Below are positions 53,433 to 58,663 of a stretch of 58,663 nucleotides of DNA, in pieces. The notes below the pieces were generated by a model that did not search any database, was not told where the DNA came from, and saw only the letters and a list, made by a program, of their open reading frames with translations. Source of the stretch: Candidatus Woesearchaeota archaeon (GTDB lineage: Archaea; Nanobdellota; Nanobdellia; Pacearchaeales; GW2011-AR1); the NCBI GenBank assembly GCA_964485325.1, contig CAZAIT010000001.1, positions 1 through 58,663 on the forward strand, given 5' to 3'. The position numbers and the translations under genes were made by a program. Each line of letters begins with the position of its first letter. Positions within the stretch are counted from its first letter, which is position 1.

Positions 53433-54805
53433 CTTGGAAAATAGAAAAAGAAGGAAAAATGAATGTTCCTATAATTGTTTATGCGTCTGAAAAGTTGTTA
53501 GAAAAAATAAAACAAGATGATACTATGAAACAAGCTATGAATATGGCATCGTTGCCGGGCGTTTTGGAGAATGTAATCGTTTGTCCAGATGCTCATCAAG
53601 GATATGGCGCATGTATTGGTGGAGTTGCTGCATTTGATATCGAAGAGGGTGTTATTTCTCCAGGTGGCGTTGGTTATGATATAAATTGCTCCGTTCGTTT
53701 ACTGAAGACAAATTTAAATATAAGGGATTTAGCTGGAAAAGAAAAAGAAATTTCCAAATCATTATTTCTTGCTATACCTTCGGGAGTTGGGAGAAAAGGG
53801 AATATCCTATTGAATAATAGAGAATTAGATAAGGTTTTAATTAATGGAGCACAATGGGCTGTTGAAAAAGGGTACGGCATAAAAGATGATTGGATTCATA
53901 CTGAAGAAGAAGGGAAAATCACTGGAGCTAATCCCTCATCTGTATCTCAGAGAGCTAAGGGAAGAGGGTTGCATCAGTTAGGATCTCTTGGCGCAGGAAA
54001 CCATTTTATAGATATTCTCGCTGTTGATAAAATTTTTGATAAAAATATCGCAAAGGTTTTTGGATTGGAAGAAGGCCAGATTGTCATTTTAATTCATTGT
54101 GGATCTAGAGGGCTTGGACATCAAGTTGCCTCAGATTATATTAGATTAATGGAAGATAAATATGGTTATCCAAGTTTTGATAGGAGTCTAGCTAATGCTC
54201 CAATTAAGTCTAAGCCTGGTAAAAAATATTTTGAGGCGATGGCTTGTGCTGCTAATTTTGCATTTGCGAATAAACAAATAATTACACATCTTATTAGAGA
54301 AGAGATGAAAAAGTATTTTTCAAATTTTAAGGCAGATGTGGTATATGATGTTTGTCATAATATTGCGAAGTTTGAGAAATTTAACGAAAAAGAAGTCTTA
54401 GTAATGAGAAAAGGTGCGACTCGAAGTTTTGGCCCTGGGAGGATTGAAGTTCCAGAAGATTATAGAAAAGTTGGACAGCCTGTTTTGATACCTGGGTCTA
54501 TGGGAACTGCGAGTTATGTTTTATGCGGCACAAAGAAAGCAGAAAAAATTTCTTGGGGTTCAACGGCTCATGGTGCAGGTAGAGTTAGAAGTAGAAAAGA
54601 AGCTCATAAAAAAATGAGTTTTGAAAAAGCAAAAGAAGATATGGAAAAACGTGGAGTTTTTGTTGAATTTGGAGGGCAAAAAGGTTTAATTGAAGAATCA
54701 CCTTTTTCATATAAAAATATTGATGAAGTTGTTAGAATTTCAGATGAGGCTGGGCTTGGAAAGAAAATTGCGAAGCTGAAGCCGTTAATTGTTATAATTG
54801 GATAA
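53402..54805 (+). CDS. rtcB: RNA 3'-phosphate ligase RtcB
   Basis: CPDAHQGYGACIGGVAAFD, GYDINC, GAGNHF, HCGSRGLGHQV, SAPF-like C-terminus EESPFSYKNIDEV. Confidence 0.92.
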   Translation: MVKFKKIDDVTWKIEKEGKMNVPIIVYASEKLLEKIKQDDTMKQAMNMASLPGVLENVIVCPDAHQGYGACIGGVAAFDIEEGVISPGGVGYDINCSVRLLKTNLNIRDLAGKEKEISKSLFLAIPSGVGRKGNILLNNRELDKVLINGAQWAVEKGYGIKDDWIHTEEEGKITGANPSSVSQRAKGRGLHQLGSLGAGNHFIDILAVDKIFDKNIAKVFGLEEGQIVILIHCGSRGLGHQVASDYIRLMEDKYGYPSFDRSLANAPIKSKPGKKYFEAMACAANFAFANKQIITHLIREEMKKYFSNFKADVVYDVCHNIAKFEKFNEKEVLVMRKGATRSFGPGRIEVPEDYRKVGQPVLIPGSMGTASYVLCGTKKAEKISWGSTAHGAGRVRSRKEAHKKMSFEKAKEDMEKRGVFVEFGGQKGLIEESPFSYKNIDEVVRISDEAGLGKKIAKLKPLIVIIG

Positions 54806-54837
54806 GATTTAAATAGTATATTCTTTTTACTAAATGC

Positions 54838-57800
54838 ATGAGAAAAAGGATGATGCTTGGCTTTATTTTGCTTTTATTTATTGGATTTGTTAGTGCTGGA
54901 GCGTGTGAACCAAGCCAAACTATTATGAAGTTATATAGTGCTTCAAATTCACATGGTGCTTTATGGGATGATATAACCTATAATTATGATATTTGTTATG
55001 ACGAAATTTTTGGTTCCGAATATACTGGAGAGAATCGACACGATTGTAGTGGTGCGAATGGGATTTTGAGTCTGTCTTCTATTACTAATGCGCATGCTTC
55101 TAGTGATGCAGATCTCTTATATGTGGATGAAGTATGTTATGGGGACTTGAGGTGTATTTATGATTCTAATGAAGGAGATTCTTGTAGTAATGGTGGAGAG
55201 ATTGTAGCAAAAATGTCTAGTGAATATAACGCCCATATTTCAGATGCTTCTGAGACTAATTATCCCGTAAAGGTTTGTTGTAAGACTGGTATAAAATTAG
55301 TAAGTATAGGTTTTGATACTACAGGGAGAACAATTAATAAAGATGATTTTGTGGAATTTGAGGTAACTGCTACATATACTGATGATAGTACTGCATTAAT
55401 TATCCCTACTTCATGTGCTTCAGCAGATGAGTCAGTAGCGATAAAAGTTGCTGGAACAGTGTGTAAGTTTAAAGGGAAGGCAGTTGGTGATTCGGTAATT
55501 ACTGCTAATTATACAGATGAAGATGGTACAAAGACTGCGGTAATTTTATTAACAGTTATACCAAAAGGTGTAGTGGGTTGCGATAAAATTATTTTAACAC
55601 CGATAGGTGGAAATTCAATAAAAGTATCTGACACTAAGATATATGCTGTAAACTTAACTTATACAAATGGTGTTACAGAATCTATTACATTTGATTCTTC
55701 TCTCTCTTTAATATCTTCTAGTACTGATGTGGCTACAGTTGGAGGTCTCATTGCAACTGGTGTAGGAGATGGAGAAGCAGATATAATTGCTACATATTCT
55801 AGTAGTGCTAAATGTGGCGATAGTGAGTACAAAAAGATATCTACTTTATATGTTAATAAAGAGTTATCATCAATACGAGTTAATCAAAGAGATCCAGAAA
55901 TAAATATAGGAAGTAATATTGGATTCACTGTAGATGCTATATATAGTGATGGAAGTCGTTCCGATTCTATTTTACCAACATCTTGTATTTCAGAAAATTT
56001 ATCAGTCGCAGAAAAAGTATCGGGGTCAACATGTTCTTTTGAAGGTATAGCTGAAGGAGAAACAACTATTAATGTAAATTATACTTCTTCTGATTTTATT
56101 ACAAAAAGTGATTCTGTTAGATTAATTGTTTTGGCTGATGGTGTTATAACTTGTCGTTCACTATCTATTTCTCCAGCTACATCTACACCAATAAAAGTAG
56201 GTGGTATAAAAAATTATTTTGTTAATTTAACTTATTCTGATGGTACCATTGAAGACGTTACAGATAGTGAAAATTTGATAATATCTTCAGAGGATCCAGA
56301 AGTAGCTACAGTTGATGGAATTATTGCGACAGGTACTAAGAAGGGTAACACTAGAATTATTGCAAGTTACACAGATACTGATTGTTCTCCATCTGAAGAT
56401 GCCTCTACTTTAATTGTTGAGAATGAGTTATCGTCTATAAGTATCTCACCAGAAGAAAATACCGTTAACGTGGGCGTCTCGGCTGAATTTACTATAGAGG
56501 CTACGTATACGGGTGAAAGTGATCCTTCTCCAATTGTTCCTACGTCTTGTGTTTCTTCAGATGATTTGGAAATAGAAAAAATAGTAGAGAAAATAAGTAC
56601 ATGTACTTTTAGGGGTTTAGCAATAGGCGATGTTACTATTACTGCTAAATATTCTGATGGCATTGAAAGAAGTGCTACTGCATCATTAAGTGTTTCTGCT
56701 CCTGGCAGTGTTGATTGTGGTAGTTTGGTTATAACTCCGGTAGGAACCTCTCCAATTTTTGTTTTTGATTCTATAAGATATTTAGTTAATAGAACCTATT
56801 CTGATGACAGTACTGAGGATGTTACAGGTGGTGCTAGTTTTATGTCTGAAGATACTGGAGTTGCAACAACTTCTCTTATTAATAATCAAGTTATAGGTGC
56901 AGGAAAAGGAACTACAAGAATTATTGCTAGTTATTCTGATGATATATGTACTCCTTCTAGTGGGAAAATTAGTTTAAGTGTAGTTCCAAAGTTAAGAAGT
57001 ATACAAATTACTCCAAATAATCCTGAACCAAGTGTAAACGTAAATAGGGAAATTGAGTTTAACATAGTTGCTAATTATAATAATAATGATAATAAAGCTG
57101 TTACTAATGAGCCGGAATTAATATGTACTTCCTTAAATGAATCAAGGGCGATAAAAGTGGGAGATGGTGGATGTATTTTTAGAGGTGTTGCGATGGGGCC
57201 TGTTCTTATTGAGGCTAATTATACTGAAGGAGATATTACGAGAAGTAGTTATTCCTCTTTAAATATTGAAGCAGAAGGTGTTCGACATTGTTCAATGCTT
57301 CAAATTATTCCAATTGCTTCCGCTATTAACATTGAAGAATGGAAAGATTATTCTGTTAATTTAATTTATTCTGATGGGGACACTGAAGATATTACGGATT
57401 TAGCGGAGTTGACATCTGGAGATGAAGATATAGTTACTATTGTTGGAAATAGAGCTACCGGAATAAAAGTTGGAGAAAGTATCATGATTAATGCTAGTTA
57501 TTCTGATGGTGGATGTATTCCGTCTGATGCCACGGCTATTTTGGATGTCAATCGAGAAGCTGAATTGATTAGTATAGCATTTATTCAGAGTAGTGGAACT
57601 GTGAATATAGAGGATACGTTTTCTTTTAATGTCACCGCTACCCATTCTGATGATGTGACTACTATAATTCCTATGACGTGCCATTCTCCTGATGAATCAA
57701 AAGTAGAAAGAATTACTGGATGTACGTTCAAGGGACTATCTGAAGGCTCAGCATCTATTACAGCCAGCCTCACTGAGAATGGAATTACTAAGACTGCTTC

Positions 57801-58663
57801 TGTTTCTTTAACTGTTTTAGCTGATGGAGTTATAGCTTGTTCTGGCATTATTATTACTCCAAATAAATATTTATTAGAGGTAGATTCGAATAAAGAATAT
57901 ACTGTTAATTTAACTCGTACTGATGAGAGTACCGAGGATATTACAGATAGTGAAAATTTGATAATATCTTCAGAAGATTCGGAGATAGCTACCATTGAAA
58001 GTAATGAGGTGACTGGTGTAAGTGTTGGGTCCACTAATATTGTTGCTGAGTATTCTGTAACTGGCTGTGGTCCTTTCAAAATTAGCTCTCCATTAACTGT
58101 TTTTGAAATACCAGAGGCTTATTGGGAAGATGCGAGTGGTAATTCTATTACTGAGGCAGATTTGGGAGATACGGTTAAAATGATTGCGGTTAGTGAATCT
58201 ACAATTTTTGAAGTTTGGGAAGATGATCCTCTTTTTGATGATGAGATTAGAACAGGCACAAATGCAATAATAGGTGGTGTGGATGGGGATAGAGTTATTG
58301 GAGTATGGACTATAACACAAGAAGACATAGATAAAACAGAAGATGGAGACTTGGACGGATTTCAATTTAGAATTGGAGAAGTAGGAAAAAGACAGGAAAG
58401 CGGTTTATTAAAGGTCAATACAGATTCTGGATATGACTCTGATGGTGATGGTTTAACAGATTATGACGAAGATAATTTATATAATACTAATAAAACTTTA
58501 CCAGACACAGACGGTGATGGATTTGATGATGGTACAGAAATTAACAATGTTCCACGAACTGATCCCAATGACCCTACTGACCATCCAGTTGCTACTCCAG
58601 GTGACTCTGATGGTGATGGTTTAACAGATGATGAAGATCCAAATCCAAATAACCCAGACACAG
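54838..58663 (+). CDS. giant secreted adhesin-like protein (3' truncated by window edge; at least 1275 codons)
   Basis: My manual translation from ATG 54838 stays open to the last base. Signal peptide MRKRMMLGFILLLFIGFVSAGA, three N(S/A)H Cys-containing repeats, five roughly 189-aa di-Ig (Big_2-like) units, then DxDxDGxxDxxD (TSP3-like) Ca-binding repeats. Missing from the ORF track because it has no stop. Confidence 0.85.
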   Translation, partial: MRKRMMLGFILLLFIGFVSAGACEPSQTIMKLYSASNSHGALWDDITYNYDICYDEIFGSEYTGENRHDCSGANGILSLSSITNAHASSDADLLYVDEVCYGDLRCIYDSNEGDSCSNGGEIVAKMSSEYNAHISDASETNYPVKVCCKTGIKLVSIGFDTTGRTINKDDFVEFEVTATYTDDSTALIIPTSCASADESVAIKVAGTVCKFKGKAVGDSVITANYTDEDGTKTAVILLTVIPKGVVGCDKIILTPIGGNSIKVSDTKIYAVNLTYTNGVTESITFDSSLSLISSSTDVATVGGLIATGVGDGEADIIATYSSSAKCGDSEYKKISTLYVNKELSSIRVNQRDPEINIGSNIGFTVDAIYSDGSRSDSILPTSCISENLSVAEKVSGSTCSFEGIAEGETTINVNYTSSDFITKSDSVRLIVLADGVITCRSLSISPATSTPIKVGGIKNYFVNLTYSDGTIEDVTDSENLIISSEDPEVATVDGIIATGTKKGNTRIIASYTDTDCSPSEDASTLIVENELSSISISPEENTVNVGVSAEFTIEATYTGESDPSPIVPTSCVSSDDLEIEKIVEKISTCTFRGLAIGDVTITAKYSDGIERSATASLSVSAPGSVDCGSLVITPVGTSPIFVFDSIRYLVNRTYSDDSTEDVTGGASFMSEDTGVATTSLINNQVIGAGKGTTRIIASYSDDICTPSSGKISLSVVPKLRSIQITPNNPEPSVNVNREIEFNIVANYNNNDNKAVTNEPELICTSLNESRAIKVGDGGCIFRGVAMGPVLIEANYTEGDITRSSYSSLNIEAEGVRHCSMLQIIPIASAINIEEWKDYSVNLIYSDGDTEDITDLAELTSGDEDIVTIVGNRATGIKVGESIMINASYSDGGCIPSDATAILDVNREAELISIAFIQSSGTVNIEDTFSFNVTATHSDDVTTIIPMTCHSPDESKVERITGCTFKGLSEGSASITASLTENGITKTASVSLTVLADGVIACSGIIITPNKYLLEVDSNKEYTVNLTRTDESTEDITDSENLIISSEDSEIATIESNEVTGVSVGSTNIVAEYSVTGCGPFKISSPLTVFEIPEAYWEDASGNSITEADLGDTVKMIAVSESTIFEVWEDDPLFDDEIRTGTNAIIGGVDGDRVIGVWTITQEDIDKTEDGDLDGFQFRIGEVGKRQESGLLKVNTDSGYDSDGDGLTDYDEDNLYNTNKTLPDTDGDGFDDGTEINNVPRTDPNDPTDHPVATPGDSDGDGLTDDEDPNPNNPDT

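Noticed and set aside
56367-58661. Minus-strand ORFs 56367-56663, 57400-57684, 57585-58079, 58093-58365, 58119-58328 and 58461-58661.
   Set aside because: All lie antisense to the continuous plus-strand adhesin frame starting at 54838. They have Ser/Thr/Ile-rich low-complexity translations typical of shadow ORFs.
1-58663. CRISPR arrays, rRNA genes, transposases and integrases.
   Set aside because: No regularly spaced identical repeats with unique spacers were seen. All periodic signals found are protein-coding domain repeats or the short tRNA-flank copies. No rRNA-like or transposase or integrase-like sequences were recognised.

Overview
AT-rich, densely packed archaeal chromosome fragment. 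All calls rest on motifs read by eye from the ORF translations and the DNA; no BLAST or HMM search was possible. Archaeal markers include aEF-1alpha, archaeal DnaG, ABCE1, diphthine synthase, TFS, TrmB, RtcB with archease, class III signal-peptide pilins and an archaeal-type SRP RNA. The small gene set and the giant surface proteins suggest a small-genome, possibly host-attached (DPANN-like) archaeon; this is inference. Contents: (1) housekeeping genes (dnaG, SMC-like, rnhB, ABCE1, argS, ileS, dphB, tsaC-like, tatD, trm5-like, rtcB, archease); (2) four tRNAs (Met, Leu-TAA, Thr-CGT, Ser-GCT) and an SRP RNA, none in the ORF track; (3) a compact fermentative module: two-subunit 2-oxoacid:ferredoxin oxidoreductase, a very small [FeFe]-hydrogenase-like H-domain protein, and ADP-forming acetyl-CoA synthetase; (4) a rubrerythrin and desulfoferrodoxin oxidative-stress pair; (5) a 13.7-kb same-strand surface-appendage locus (35.2-48.9 kb) with seven prepilin-like proteins, a FlaI/GspE ATPase, a T2SSF platform protein, a HerA/FtsK-type ATPase whose P-loop is split by a LAGLIDADG intein, and a 1070-aa secreted C25-like, cysteine-rich protein; (6) an open-ended giant adhesin gene of more than 1275 codons (54838 to window end), absent from the ORF track because it has no stop. 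Other oddities: two cases where a vestigial 5' copy of an essential gene (ABCE1, rtcB) lies upstream of an inserted gene; an SMC-headed protein with a central CPIC hook in place of a hinge; a shared palindromic element upstream of two surface-gene clusters next to an RHH regulator gene; and tRNA-flanking repeat scars. No CRISPR array, rRNA, transposase or integrase was seen.
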